Origin: Candidatus Zhuqueibacterota bacterium
GTDB taxonomy: Bacteria; Zhuqueibacterota; Zhuqueibacteria; Thermofontimicrobiales; Thermofontimicrobiaceae
DNA: 64,000 nt
Direction of reading: 5' to 3'
NCBI GenBank assembly: GCA_049322915.1
Contig: JBMOPW010000007.1
Location: forward strand, 64,001-128,000
Both the position numbers and the translations under genes were made by a program. This document shows, one piece after another, positions 37,527 through 48,288 of this stretch; within the stretch, counting starts at the first letter, position 1; each line of letters starts with the position of its first letter. Under the pieces are notes generated by a model. The model was not told the DNA's origin. It made no database searches and was given only the letters and a program-made list of their open reading frames with translations.

Positions 37527-39059
37527 ATGTGGATGGGCAAACGAAAGACGTTTATCATTGGTTTCATCATTGTGGTTTCGCTGGGATTGGTTTCCTTGTT
37601 GCTGTTCGATGATGCGAACCTGCCGCAGACTCTGACTGCCAATCGTGACTGGCAACATGAGGTTGCGAGCGCCGGGTTTTATCAGCCTGGTCAGCACATA
37701 CAGGACGACATTTTCGACTCCGGCATGTCTTTTTCAAAGGTGGCCAAATCAGTCGTCCCGACTGTGGTTTCCATAAGCAGCACCATGATGATTCGCAGCT
37801 CTGAATTGTGGAATAACAAATTCGATGACCAGGAGCTACGGGAATTTTTTGGGGAGAAGTATTTAAATTTTCCAGTGCCGAGGGAATTTCGGCAGAAAGG
37901 CTCCGGCTCGGGGGTCATTATTTCGACGAAAGGACATATTCTGACCAATGTCCACGTCGTCGAAAATGCTGAATCGATCACAGTGACCCTGTCGGATAAT
38001 CGTTCTTTCAAAGCAACCCTGACCGGCGCTGATCCGATGACAGAATTGGCGGTCATCAAGATTGATGGCGAAGATTTGCCGGTGGCTCAACTCGGCAATT
38101 CCGACTCTCTGGAAATCGGGCAATGGGTACTCGCGGTTGGAAATCCTTTGGAGTTGAGTTCCACAGTTACGGCAGGAATCATCAGCGCGATTGGCCGCGA
38201 TATAAACATCATTGCTGACACTTATGGCGTGGAAAATTTTATTCAAACTGACGCGACCATCAATCCCGGCAATAGCGGCGGTGCGCTGGTCGATTTAAAT
38301 GGCAAAGTCATTGGAATCAATACGGCCATTGCTACCCAATCCGGGTACAGCCAGGGCTATGGTTTTGCCATCCCCATCAATCTCGCCAAGGAGATCATGA
38401 AAGACCTCATGCAGCGGGGCTTCGTCATCCGCAGCTATCTCGGGCTATCGATGCAGGATGTGAACGAGAAAATTGCCAAAGCGTTGGGATTAAAGCGGCC
38501 GACGGGCGTGTTCGTCGATTTTGTGGAGGAGGAGGGCCCTGCGCGGCAGGCCGGTTTGCGGGAAAAAGACGTCATTGTCAAGATCGATAATATGATCGTC
38601 AATAAAGGCAATTATATTCAAAGTGTCATCGCGCAGAAGAAACCTGGCGATGAGCTTTTGTTGACGGTGATTCGAAAGAACCGCTTGCTCAAAATTGAAG
38701 CGACGCTTGGCAAACGACCCACCAAAGAAGTCCGGCTGAGCGGATTGATCCGCGATCGGGATTTTCAAAATCTGGGGCTGGAAGTCGAAAATGTAAGTCG
38801 GCGTTTGGCCGAAGAAATTAATCTGAAACAGAATGAAGGCGTCCTTGTCATTGAGGTCGCCCGCTTCAGCCCGGCGTACGATTCGGGCATTCAGATCAAT
38901 GATGTCATTCTCGAAATCGATGATAGGGCTATCACATCAACGACTGGTTTTGAGTCCATGCTGTCGACATTGGAAAAAGGACACGTTTACATAATTAAAA
39001 TGAAACGCGGCGATTCGATTTTTCATACCTTTGTCGAGTCTCCCGAACGAGAGGAGTAA
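37527..39059 (+). CDS. Do/DegP-family serine endopeptidase with two PDZ domains
   Basis: GSGVII, LTNVHVV, IQTDATINPGNSGG. Confidence 0.92.
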   Translation: MWMGKRKTFIIGFIIVVSLGLVSLLLFDDANLPQTLTANRDWQHEVASAGFYQPGQHIQDDIFDSGMSFSKVAKSVVPTVVSISSTMMIRSSELWNNKFDDQELREFFGEKYLNFPVPREFRQKGSGSGVIISTKGHILTNVHVVENAESITVTLSDNRSFKATLTGADPMTELAVIKIDGEDLPVAQLGNSDSLEIGQWVLAVGNPLELSSTVTAGIISAIGRDINIIADTYGVENFIQTDATINPGNSGGALVDLNGKVIGINTAIATQSGYSQGYGFAIPINLAKEIMKDLMQRGFVIRSYLGLSMQDVNEKIAKALGLKRPTGVFVDFVEEEGPARQAGLREKDVIVKIDNMIVNKGNYIQSVIAQKKPGDELLLTVIRKNRLLKIEATLGKRPTKEVRLSGLIRDRDFQNLGLEVENVSRRLAEEINLKQNEGVLVIEVARFSPAYDSGIQINDVILEIDDRAITSTTGFESMLSTLEKGHVYIIKMKRGDSIFHTFVESPEREE

Positions 39060-39113
39060 CAGTCTGAGTTCGATCCGAGTTATCATAAATATTCCTGTCA
39101 AAGAATTTTTTTC

Positions 39114-39146
39114 AAAAGCATCCGGTGGCTAACCGGATGCTTTTTT
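39114..39146. terminator. Rho-independent terminator
   Basis: AAAAGCATCCGGT-GGCTA-ACCGGATGCTTTTTT. Confidence 0.85.
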
Positions 39147-39158
39147 GTTGGGTGGTTG

Positions 39159-39256
39159 TGTCATATTGACAGAAACATGAACTTACTTGTAAGATGGCTT
39201 AACATGAATAAATATATGAAATAAAAACTGCTGCAGAAAGTGGCACAATGTTTGTA
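39159..39256 (+). promoter_or_regulatory. Palindrome TGTCA-N3-TGACA plus sigma54-like box upstream of grpE
   Basis: TGTCATATTGACA at 39159-39171. TGGCACAATGTTTGTA at 39241-39256 (-12 element is GT rather than GC). Confidence 0.5.
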
Positions 39257-39373
39257 TATCGGTTAAAGGCGAAGTTTAAACATAGAGTAAGCCCTGAAAA
39301 TATACGCACTCAATGGCAGGCTTCAGTCAGCAACTAAACAAAGGGGACAATTCACGTGTATGTGGAGAAAGGT

Positions 39374-39955
39374 ATGGAGCAGAAAAAGCCAAAAGAATCA
39401 TACGAAATCAAAGAGACCGAAGAGCATGATGAAAGCACTGCCGGCGCAGAGAAGACAGTGAACGACGAGAATGCCGGAAATGGCGCTGTGAAACAGGCTC
39501 TGGTTGATCAGAAATCATCCGAAGAAAAATACATTGAGCAGCTACAACGGCTACAGGCGGAATTTGCCAATTATAAAAAACGCACGGATAGAGAGAGGTT
39601 GGAACTTTCCAATATCTATAAAAGTGAATTAGTCATTTCATTGCTTCCGGCAATCGATGATTTCGAGCGGTTTTTTAATCACGCGCATGGCTGGGAAGAA
39701 GATCTGATCGCCGGGGTGAAGCTCATTTACCAGAAATTAATGGAAAGTTTGAAAGTTCAGGGATTAACATCTGTCAGCACTGTCGGCGAAAAGTTTGACC
39801 CTGAGATTCATGAAGCTATTTCTGTGCAAGAGGTCGAGGACGGTGAAGATGATGTCGTAGCCGAGGAATGGCGCAAAGGGTATAAATTCAATGAAAAAAT
39901 AATTCGTCCAGCACAGGTGAAGGTTGTTAAAACCGGTAAAGGGGAAAAGAATTAA
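39374..39955 (+). CDS. grpE: Nucleotide exchange factor GrpE
   Basis: RLQAEFANYKKR, LLPAIDDFER, FDPEIHEAI, KGYKFNEKIIRPAQVKV. Alternative GTG start at 39356. Confidence 0.95.
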   Translation: MEQKKPKESYEIKETEEHDESTAGAEKTVNDENAGNGAVKQALVDQKSSEEKYIEQLQRLQAEFANYKKRTDRERLELSNIYKSELVISLLPAIDDFERFFNHAHGWEEDLIAGVKLIYQKLMESLKVQGLTSVSTVGEKFDPEIHEAISVQEVEDGEDDVVAEEWRKGYKFNEKIIRPAQVKVVKTGKGEKN

Positions 39956-39957
39956 GC

Positions 39958-41088
39958 ATGCCGAAGCGAGATTATTACGACATATTAGGCGTGAGCGACA
40001 CTGCGACGGACTCTGAGATAAAAAAAGTCTATCGTGATTTGGCGAAGAAATATCATCCGGACGTCAATAAGGGTGATAAAAATGCCGAAACGCGATTCAA
40101 AGAAATTTCCGAAGCATACAATGTTCTGAAGGATAAGGAGAAGCGGCACAAGTACGATCAAATGCGAAAATATGGCGCATTTGATGGCGTCGGTGGAGGT
40201 GGCTTTGATTTCGGACAATTCTGGCAGCAGGGTTCGCCTCGGCCACAACATGGCGGTGGTGGCAGCTTCTCGTTTGAGGACCTTTTTGGTTTCGGCGGGC
40301 TGGGTGATATTTTTGGTGGACTGTTCGATCGGGGTGAACGGACGCGAAAGGAACGATCCGGTAAAAAATACAAAGGAGATTCGCTTCAATCGGAAATCAC
40401 GATCCCGTTTGAGCTGGCGGTCCAGGGCGGTAAGCAGGTCATTCAATTGACGCTGGAAGAGCCCTGTCACAGTTGCGGTGGAAGCGGCGCCGAACGCGGC
40501 ACCCATCCAAAAACATGCCCGGACTGTCAGGGCAGGGGAACCATCTCCATCGCTCAGGGATTTTTTGCCGTGAACCGACCCTGTCCGCGCTGCATGGGAC
40601 GCGGCACTATCATCGAAAAGCCATGCTCGGTCTGTCACGGGGCAGGAGAAGTGAGAACTGAGAAAAAATTGTCCATTACCATCCCGGCCGGCGTCTTGGA
40701 TGGCGCCCGTCTTCGACTGAAAGGACAGGGAGCGAGCGGAATAAAAGGCGGCGCGCGCGGCGATATCATTGTGACGTTGCATATTTCTCCCCATCGGTTT
40801 TTCACGCGCAGCGGCAATGACATTTATTGTGAAGTCCCGATCGATATTCGTAAAGCGATTCAGGGGACGAAAATTCGGGTCAAAACGATTTTCGATAAAA
40901 AAGTTGATATTAAAATTCCCCCCAGGACGCGGGATGGCAAAGTCTTCCGATTGCGCGGATTGGGAATAAAGGCTAAGAGCGGCATTGGTGATCACTATGT
41001 CCTGGTCCGTCTGAATCGTCCTTCTCATTTGACAGAGGATGAATTGAAGATCATCGAAGAGTTCGAAAATAATGGGGAGGCGTCCTGA
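39958..41088 (+). CDS. dnaJ: Chaperone DnaJ
   Basis: J domain with HPD, G/F-rich region, four CxxCxGxG repeats. Confidence 0.95.
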   Translation: MPKRDYYDILGVSDTATDSEIKKVYRDLAKKYHPDVNKGDKNAETRFKEISEAYNVLKDKEKRHKYDQMRKYGAFDGVGGGGFDFGQFWQQGSPRPQHGGGGSFSFEDLFGFGGLGDIFGGLFDRGERTRKERSGKKYKGDSLQSEITIPFELAVQGGKQVIQLTLEEPCHSCGGSGAERGTHPKTCPDCQGRGTISIAQGFFAVNRPCPRCMGRGTIIEKPCSVCHGAGEVRTEKKLSITIPAGVLDGARLRLKGQGASGIKGGARGDIIVTLHISPHRFFTRSGNDIYCEVPIDIRKAIQGTKIRVKTIFDKKVDIKIPPRTRDGKVFRLRGLGIKAKSGIGDHYVLVRLNRPSHLTEDELKIIEEFENNGEAS

Positions 41089-41337
41089 AAAACGCACCTG
41101 GCCGGAGAATATTGGTAGGGGAAGAATGTTGAAATATTTTTAATCATTAAAGGAAAAAAATCTCGGTCGTTCCGTCTAATAGTTGACACTTGTAACAAAG
41201 GGTGAATCATTGTGCGAATACGTTATGAGTGTAATGACCGTCACAATCCACTGGGACAATGAACGAATGACTGCACTCTGATTATCGGATAGACAGGAAT
41301 GACCAGAGAATGTGGTTGCAATCAGGAGGATAAAACA

Positions 41338-42930
41338 ATGTATATAACAAAGAAGAACGCATTTATGTTGGTGATGGCGATCTTTGTTGGCGTCATTGCC
41401 GGATTGGCGATATCGACGAACTTCGATTGGATGTTCCGGGGTATCGCGTCGGATGGGACAGAGACTGTGGCGACAGTTGCAAGCAAGGAGAGCCCATCCG
41501 CAGAGGGGAAAATTTCATCTTCTTCGGCTTCGGCAGAAAGTCAGGACGAAGGAATGGATAACCTTCTGCTGCTCGAAAAAGCCTATATCAACGTGGCAAA
41601 AGAGGTGAAACCCTGGGTGGTGACAATTACCAGCGAGAAAATCATCCGGTATAATTACAGAAATCCATTTGATATGTTCGGCAATGACTTCCTGGATTTC
41701 TTTGGTAATCGCGACCGCAGGAATCAGGATAGAGAGGAAAATCAGAAAAACAATGAGCGCGAATTTGTCCAGCAGGGACTGGGATCCGGAGTCATTGTGT
41801 CGAAAGACGGCTATGTGCTCACCAATAATCATGTCGTGAAAGAAGCGGATGAAATTCGAGTCATGACCATGGATAAAAAAGAGTTCCAGGCAGAACTGGT
41901 CGGCCGCGATGAAAAAACCGATGTCGCGGTGATAAAAATAAAAGGCAATGATTTTCCATTTGCCCGGCTTGGTGATTCCGATAATATTCAGGTGGGACAA
42001 ATTGTCCTGGCCATTGGAAATCCATTCAGCGAGTTGTTGCAGCATACGGTGACGGAGGGAATAATCAGTGCACGGGGCCGTTCCAATATCGGCCTGTCGA
42101 CGTACGAGGATTTCATTCAAACGACGGCGGCCATCAATCCCGGCAACAGCGGCGGTGCACTGGTGGATTTGAAAGGAAATCTGATCGGAATCAATACAGC
42201 GATTTTATCGCGATCCGGTGGTTTCAACGGGATCGGTCTGGCGATACCGATTAATATGGCCCGGCGGGTTATGGAAATGATCATCGATCGCGGCTATGTG
42301 TTACGCGGCTATCTGGGAGTGACACCGCAACCGATTGATGAAGACATGGCCCAGGCTTTAGGTCTGGAAAGCACGGAAGGTGCGTTGATCACGCGCGTTG
42401 AAAAAGGAACACCGGCAGATAAAGCCGGGATATTGGAAGAGGACGTGGTGGTGGAGATGGATGGCAAAAAAGTGGTCAATGATACCGACTTCAGACTGCG
42501 CGTGGCTGAACATAATCCCGGCGACCGTGTGGATCTGAAAATTTTCCGTGATGGGAAATATCGGAATATCAGTGTAAAGCTGGATGAGCGTCCCGATGAT
42601 AGACCGCCAGAAACGGTCACAGAGCGCGAAGTAACGAAGCTTGGTATTTCAGTGGCTAACCTGACGACAGAAAAAGCGCGACGGTATGGGTATGAAAATG
42701 AAGAAGGAGTGCTCATTGTTGATGTGAAACAATCGAGCGTCGCGTATCGGAAAGGATTACGTCAAGGCGATCTTATCGTATCAATTGATAAAACAGCGGT
42801 GACCAATGTACGCGAGTACGAGAAAGCATTGAACAGCGCCAAGCCCGGTGATATTCTGCTCATCCGGGTGAAGCGCCATTCCGGAGACGAAATCTTCCCG
42901 CTGTCGATTGCTATTCGATTGCCGGAATAA
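41338..42930 (+). CDS. Do/DegP-family serine endopeptidase with two PDZ domains (second paralog)
   Basis: GLGSGVIV, LTNNHVV, TDVAVIKI, INPGNSGG; GGAGG RBS before ATG 41338. Confidence 0.92.
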   Translation: MYITKKNAFMLVMAIFVGVIAGLAISTNFDWMFRGIASDGTETVATVASKESPSAEGKISSSSASAESQDEGMDNLLLLEKAYINVAKEVKPWVVTITSEKIIRYNYRNPFDMFGNDFLDFFGNRDRRNQDREENQKNNEREFVQQGLGSGVIVSKDGYVLTNNHVVKEADEIRVMTMDKKEFQAELVGRDEKTDVAVIKIKGNDFPFARLGDSDNIQVGQIVLAIGNPFSELLQHTVTEGIISARGRSNIGLSTYEDFIQTTAAINPGNSGGALVDLKGNLIGINTAILSRSGGFNGIGLAIPINMARRVMEMIIDRGYVLRGYLGVTPQPIDEDMAQALGLESTEGALITRVEKGTPADKAGILEEDVVVEMDGKKVVNDTDFRLRVAEHNPGDRVDLKIFRDGKYRNISVKLDERPDDRPPETVTEREVTKLGISVANLTTEKARRYGYENEEGVLIVDVKQSSVAYRKGLRQGDLIVSIDKTAVTNVREYEKALNSAKPGDILLIRVKRHSGDEIFPLSIAIRLPE

Positions 42931-42946
42931 TTAAGTCATTCGAGTT

Positions 42947-42984
42947 GAGGCAGGCAATGAATCATTGCGCCTGCCTCCGCTTTT
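42947..42984 (+). terminator. Probable terminator hairpin
   Basis: GAGGCAGGC...GCCTGCCTC followed by a T-rich tract. Confidence 0.6.
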
Positions 42985-43114
42985 ATTATTAAACAACAAT
43001 AGTTATTGGATTCATTTTTACATATTTGTACGGAGTCATCGAACATTGATGAGAATGCGAAATAGCCGGGTTCGAAACCTGGAATCAATGACTGGTCAGG
43101 AGAAGGAGTGAAAC

Positions 43115-43408
43115 ATGCCGACATACGATTATGTGTGCGATAATTGTGGTTATAGTTTTGAAGAATTTCAATCGATCAATGCAGCGCCGTTGACAGTTTG
43201 CCCCAAGTGTCACGGTCATATCCATCGCCGGATCGGGATTGGCAATGGGTTTTTGTTCAAAGGGAGTGGATTTTACACCACTGATTACCGCAGCGATGGG
43301 TACAAAAAGGACAGGCAGAAGGCTGAGAGCGGTGCATCCTCAACGGATGGCAAAGAAAGCACGCCGGCATCTCCGAAAGAGACGAAAAAAGAGAAACCTT
43401 TGGCGTAG
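43115..43408 (+). CDS. FmdB family zinc-ribbon protein
   Basis: MPTYDYVCDNCG...CPKC...FKGSGFYTTDY. Confidence 0.92.
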   Translation: MPTYDYVCDNCGYSFEEFQSINAAPLTVCPKCHGHIHRRIGIGNGFLFKGSGFYTTDYRSDGYKKDRQKAESGASSTDGKESTPASPKETKKEKPLA

Positions 43409-43531
43409 AATTGTGTCAAAACGGCATGTACGGCGCTTTTTAAATAACATGGAACAGAATGGTTAAAATGAGCAAGGTTGTAACGTATATAAATATACGT
43501 GCTTATACCCTTGCTTTTTTTATGGTTTCAA

Positions 43532-43547
43532 TGGCATGGTATTTGCA
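43532..43547 (+). promoter_or_regulatory. sigma54 -24/-12 promoter upstream of dnaK
   Basis: TGGCATGGTATTTGCA (GG-N10-GC). A related half-palindrome TGTCAAAACGGCA lies at 43414-43426. Confidence 0.65.
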
Positions 43548-43661
43548 AAATGTGATTAGAATTTTTAACTGGAAGAAAACCATGCAATTGATTGGATGGA
43601 ACTTTGGAAAATAATTTGGAAAGTTTGATCATAATCATAAAAACGTTATAGGAGGAACCTC

Positions 43662-45575
43662 ATGGGTAAGATTATTGGCATTGATCTGGGGACGACGAAT
43701 TCTTGTGTAGCTGTTATGGAAGGTGGTGAACCAACCGTCATTCAAAACTCCGAAGGCGGACGAACAACGCCGTCGGTGGTTGCCTTCACGAAAGATGGCG
43801 AGCGTTTGGTGGGACAAATTGCCAAGCGTCAGGCAGTTACCAATCCGAAGAATACCATTTATTCGATAAAGCGGTTCATGGGACGTCGTTTTGATGAAGT
43901 CACCAAAGAGATCGAGGAAGTGCCGTACAAAGTAGTCCGCGGCAAGAATGACGTCGCGCGGGTGAAGATTGACGATAAAGAATATTCGCCCCAGGAAATT
44001 TCTGCAATGGTGCTGCAGAAAATGAAACAAACGGCGGAAGATTATCTGGGCCAGAAAGTCACAGAAGCTGTCATCACGGTTCCGGCATATTTTAATGACA
44101 GTCAAAGACAGGCTACGAAAGAGGCTGGTGAAATCGCCGGACTCACTGTGAAACGCATTATCAATGAACCGACTGCCGCGTCGCTGGCCTATGGCTTGGA
44201 TAAGAAGAAGGACGAAAAAATTGCTGTATTCGATTTGGGCGGTGGTACCTTTGATATTTCCATCCTTGAGATCGGCGATGGCGTATTTGAAGTCAAATCC
44301 ACCAATGGCGATACCCATCTCGGCGGCGATGATTTTGATCAACGCATCATCGACTGGCTGGTGGATGAATTCCTGAAGCAGGAAGGTGTCGATCTGTCAA
44401 AAGACCCGATGGGATTGCAGCGATTGAAAGAAGCCGCCGAAAAGGCAAAATGCGAATTATCGACTGTGGCACAAACCGATATCAATTTGCCATTCATCAC
44501 CGCGACCAATGCCGGGCCCAAGCATCTCAGTATGACGTTGACACGGGCAAAGTTTGAACAGCTTTGCGACGACCTGTTCCAACGGCTGGTCAAACCATGC
44601 GAAACTGCATTGAAAGATGCCGGAATGAAGGTATCCGAAATCGACGAAGTGGTGATGGTCGGTGGCTCCACACGCATGCCCAAAGTTCAGGATATTGCCA
44701 AACAGATTTTTGGCAGAGAGCCGCACAGAGGTGTGAACCCTGATGAAGTTGTTGCCGTCGGAGCTGCAATTCAAGCTGGCGTTCTTGCTGGCGATGTGAC
44801 GGACGTTCTCCTGTTGGATGTCACTCCGTTATCGCTGGGAATCGAAACACTGGGCGGGGTGTTCACAAAATTGATCGACAAAAACACAACCATACCAACC
44901 CGCAAGTCCGAGATATTCTCGACCGCTTCGGACAATCAGCCGTCAGTGGAGATTCACGTACTGCAGGGCGAGCGCGAGATGGCCACTGGAAACAGAACTT
45001 TGGGGAGATTCCATCTGGACGGTATTCCGCCAGCGCCGCGCGGTATTCCGCAAATCGAGGTGACTTTTGATATTGACGCGAACGGTATTTTGAACGTATC
45101 TGCCAAGGATAAAGCAACGACTAAAGAACAATCCATTCGCATCGAAGCCTCGACCGGATTGTCGAAAAACGAAGTGGAGAAAATGGTCAACGACGCTAAA
45201 ACTCATGCCTCTGAGGATAAAAAGAAACGTGAGCTTGTTGATTTGAAGAATCAGGCGGACCAGATCGTCTATCAGACTGAGAAAAATCTGAAGGAACTGG
45301 GCGATAAAATTGACTCGGACGCCAGGGGCAAAATCGAGGCTGCGGTCGGCAGAGTGAAAGAGGCGTTGAAGTCCGAAAAAGCCGATGAAATCAAATCGGC
45401 GATTGAAGGCGTCAATCAGGTGTGGAATGAAGTGTCGGCTAAACTCTACCAGCAGCAACAGCCCACCGGAGGCGCAAGCCAGCCGGAAAGCGGCAGTACA
45501 GCTTCAGGAACCAAAGATGAAAAAGATGTGGAAGAAGCTGATTACGAAGTTGTGGATGATGACGGAAAGAAATAA
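43662..45575 (+). CDS. dnaK: Chaperone DnaK
   Basis: [36 protein letters not shown]. Confidence 0.98.
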   Translation: MGKIIGIDLGTTNSCVAVMEGGEPTVIQNSEGGRTTPSVVAFTKDGERLVGQIAKRQAVTNPKNTIYSIKRFMGRRFDEVTKEIEEVPYKVVRGKNDVARVKIDDKEYSPQEISAMVLQKMKQTAEDYLGQKVTEAVITVPAYFNDSQRQATKEAGEIAGLTVKRIINEPTAASLAYGLDKKKDEKIAVFDLGGGTFDISILEIGDGVFEVKSTNGDTHLGGDDFDQRIIDWLVDEFLKQEGVDLSKDPMGLQRLKEAAEKAKCELSTVAQTDINLPFITATNAGPKHLSMTLTRAKFEQLCDDLFQRLVKPCETALKDAGMKVSEIDEVVMVGGSTRMPKVQDIAKQIFGREPHRGVNPDEVVAVGAAIQAGVLAGDVTDVLLLDVTPLSLGIETLGGVFTKLIDKNTTIPTRKSEIFSTASDNQPSVEIHVLQGEREMATGNRTLGRFHLDGIPPAPRGIPQIEVTFDIDANGILNVSAKDKATTKEQSIRIEASTGLSKNEVEKMVNDAKTHASEDKKKRELVDLKNQADQIVYQTEKNLKELGDKIDSDARGKIEAAVGRVKEALKSEKADEIKSAIEGVNQVWNEVSAKLYQQQQPTGGASQPESGSTASGTKDEKDVEEADYEVVDDDGKK

Positions 45576-45638
45576 TCGGATTCACAGGGTGATTTCCACC
45601 TGGTTTTTCAGGTGATGATCGTTTCAATGAATCGATAC

Positions 45639-45673
45639 AGCGGGGCAATGCTACTTTTGCCTCGCTTTTTTTT
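45639..45673 (+). terminator. Rho-independent terminator after dnaK
   Basis: AGCGGGGCAA...TTGCCTCGCT followed by a T tract. Confidence 0.75.
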
Positions 45674-45772
45674 ATTCAAAATTCCGACTGCCCCGGCAGG
45701 CGCGAATCCTTCGCCGGCACAGGGCCGAGTCATGACATGATGCGCGTGAACAAGCTGAAAATAATGACATTC

Positions 45773-45806
45773 AAAAAAGCGAGGTGAAAATGACCTCGCT
45801 TTTTTT
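45773..45806. terminator. Bidirectional terminator
   Basis: AAAAAAGCGAGGT-GAAAATG-ACCTCGCTTTTTT between convergent genes. Confidence 0.8.
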
Positions 45807-45871
45807 AGAAGTCGTCGTGTTGTATGAAATCATTTGCGCGTGAAAGGACGTCAGGTGGAATACGCCGGGAG

Positions 45872-48151
45872 TTACCATTCCCACATTACACTGGTGGACA
45901 CATTTCTGATTTCGCCGAGATTGCGCTCCAGCGTGGTATAGGAATAATTAAATGCATTGTTCAACGCGAAAATGACATTCAGTCTGTGCCAGAAAAATTT
46001 GACCCGGAAATTCCAGATTTGCTGTTCCACCCGCGGATCAAGCGTGTACAGTTTCACCTGATCAATACGGCTGGCGTAGCGATATTCGGCCTGGAACTCC
46101 ACCGGCTTGGAACGGAGGGAAATGGCGGCAAATCCCAATACCCGCGGTCGATAGGATAATATCTCGCCTGAATCGAATTCATCGGTGATACGGTCCCATT
46201 TGCCGGCAAAAAAATCGCGCAGTACAACCCAGCTATTATCCAGCGATTCCATCTGGCTGGTGCCGGCGGGCAGAACCTTGGGGTCCATCAGCGTCATGTT
46301 AAAATCCAGCCCGACACGGTTGCGCCAAAGCTGGCCCTTTGTGGAGAACTCAAAGCCGCGAATCCGGGCGCGGGTGACATTGCGGAATTGAACCTGCACA
46401 TCGAAATTGTCGAGCATTTCTGCCACTGGTTCAATAAAATCATAATAGTCATTATGAAAAAACGCCGCATCGATCCACCAGTTCGAGGTGATCTGCTGGC
46501 GCAATCCTAAATCGTAGGAGTGCGAGGACTCGGCTTTCAAATCCTCATTGGGGATGATGTCGAAATAGGACACGCTGGCGTTGATGAACCGCTCGGTGAC
46601 TGACGCTGCGCGGAACGCGGTGCCGCCGGAGAATCGGAAAACGGTGTATTCGAACGGGCGATAATTGATGCCCAATTTCGGATTGACGTATGATTCGCGG
46701 AAGTGAGAATTCACTACAGTGTACGAGTCGTAGCGGATGCCCGGCGTTAAAGTCAGGTTTGGCAACACGTGCCATTCGTTCTGAAGATAGGGCGCGATGG
46801 AATACCCGCTGCGGTTCCCGATAAATTTTGTATGGCCGCCGTCGTATTTATATTCGACGCCGAACGTGAGACTGTGATCTTTGAAGGGCATCCAGTCTCC
46901 CTGTACCTCCGCGCCAATACCCTGGGCCGGATAGTAATCAGTTGAGCGCTCGTATTGGTCGCCGAACATGGAGCTAATGAAAGAGGCTCTGAATTTCATC
47001 ACCAGGGTTGCTGAAATGGGACGCTGATACAATAAATACCCATCAAACATATTGATTCGAACGCGCCGGTCAGAAAACCAGTAGGATGATTCCAGAGGCT
47101 GGTTGGGATTCTCCCACTCCACAAATTCACCCCGATCTTCGTAACTCCAACCGCTGTATAAAGTCAAATTGGTCGCATTCTTAAATTGGTAGGTCAGTTT
47201 GGTGCTGGCATTGTACCGTTCGAAAAAACCATCGGCGGCATACCCGGTGGATTTCTGTTGTCCATAATACGTATGAATTCCCAGCCGTCCAAATTTTTTG
47301 CTGAAGCTGACATCGAAGCGGTCGAATCGAAGCGGTCGGTCGGTCCATTTCCATTGAGGGTAGGGAGGATCATCGTACAGGCCGCCTGACCAGCGGATTC
47401 GGAATCGAACTTTATCAGACGGCGCTTTGGTGAGCACGTTGACAATGCCGCCCAGGGCGTTGCTGCCATACAGCGCTGACCCCGCGCCTTTGATGACCTC
47501 CACCTGCTCAACGTCCATGATGGGAATGATGTTCCAGTTGATTTCGTTTGTATCGCTGATCATCATGGGGACGCCATCGACCAGCAGCAGCACGCGCGAA
47601 CCAACACCGCGCGTGTATCCCGATGACCCGCGAATGTTGATGTGTCGCTCCACAAAATGGACGCCGGCAACGCTCTCCAGAGCATTGTCCAGCCGCATGG
47701 GGGTTCGTTCAATCATCTCGCGAACCGGCATCACCACCACGCTGTGGGGAGTGACGGTGATATCCTGATGTCGCTTGCTGGCAGTGACAATGACCGGATT
47801 CAGCCCGATGACTGTTTCTTCCATTGTTGCATCGAGTTGTGTGGTCTGGTCATCCAAAATTCGTATTTGGTCTTTCACTTCGGTGCGGTAGCCAATCATC
47901 GAAAAACGCACGGAGTGGGCGCCAACCGGAATCCGGGAGATACTGAACCGGCCGCTTTCATCGGTGCTGGCGCCTAAAAATGTGTTTGAGATTTGAACAT
48001 TCACTCCCACCAGCGGTTCACCGGTCGCCCGATCCGTAACCATGCCCTCGAGTGTGCCTTTGTGGATTTCGGCAACAACCTCAGTGCGCAAACTGGTTGA
48101 GATGAGGATGAGTAAAAAGATCACTGTTTGATTTTGAAGTCGCTTCATCAT
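45872..48151 (-). CDS. TonB-dependent receptor with N-terminal CarboxypepD_reg-like domain
   Basis: GMVTDRATGEPLVGVNV; plug NIRGS...RVLLLVDGVP, VEVIKGAGSALYGSNALGGIVN; NEDLKAE; terminal Trp. Confidence 0.92.
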   Translation of the reverse strand: MMKRLQNQTVIFLLILISTSLRTEVVAEIHKGTLEGMVTDRATGEPLVGVNVQISNTFLGASTDESGRFSISRIPVGAHSVRFSMIGYRTEVKDQIRILDDQTTQLDATMEETVIGLNPVIVTASKRHQDITVTPHSVVVMPVREMIERTPMRLDNALESVAGVHFVERHINIRGSSGYTRGVGSRVLLLVDGVPMMISDTNEINWNIIPIMDVEQVEVIKGAGSALYGSNALGGIVNVLTKAPSDKVRFRIRWSGGLYDDPPYPQWKWTDRPLRFDRFDVSFSKKFGRLGIHTYYGQQKSTGYAADGFFERYNASTKLTYQFKNATNLTLYSGWSYEDRGEFVEWENPNQPLESSYWFSDRRVRINMFDGYLLYQRPISATLVMKFRASFISSMFGDQYERSTDYYPAQGIGAEVQGDWMPFKDHSLTFGVEYKYDGGHTKFIGNRSGYSIAPYLQNEWHVLPNLTLTPGIRYDSYTVVNSHFRESYVNPKLGINYRPFEYTVFRFSGGTAFRAASVTERFINASVSYFDIIPNEDLKAESSHSYDLGLRQQITSNWWIDAAFFHNDYYDFIEPVAEMLDNFDVQVQFRNVTRARIRGFEFSTKGQLWRNRVGLDFNMTLMDPKVLPAGTSQMESLDNSWVVLRDFFAGKWDRITDEFDSGEILSYRPRVLGFAAISLRSKPVEFQAEYRYASRIDQVKLYTLDPRVEQQIWNFRVKFFWHRLNVIFALNNAFNYSYTTLERNLGEIRNVSTSVMWEW

Positions 48152-48288
48152 GAATTTAGCTTCGATTTCATATTTAGTTTTCTTTGTGATTATACCAATC
48201 CGGCTCTGTCACTCGCCGAACTGATCCCTGCTCCGGAACGATGATCCTTGATTCGCCCGAAGGAGACATTTCTTCTGTAAGAGCATTG

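Noticed and set aside
43635..44342. 235-aa minus-strand ORF opposite dnaK
   Set aside because: It is the familiar antisense shadow of dnaK/hsp70 genes, often mis-annotated as NAD-specific glutamate dehydrogenase, and lies almost entirely opposite a confident gene.
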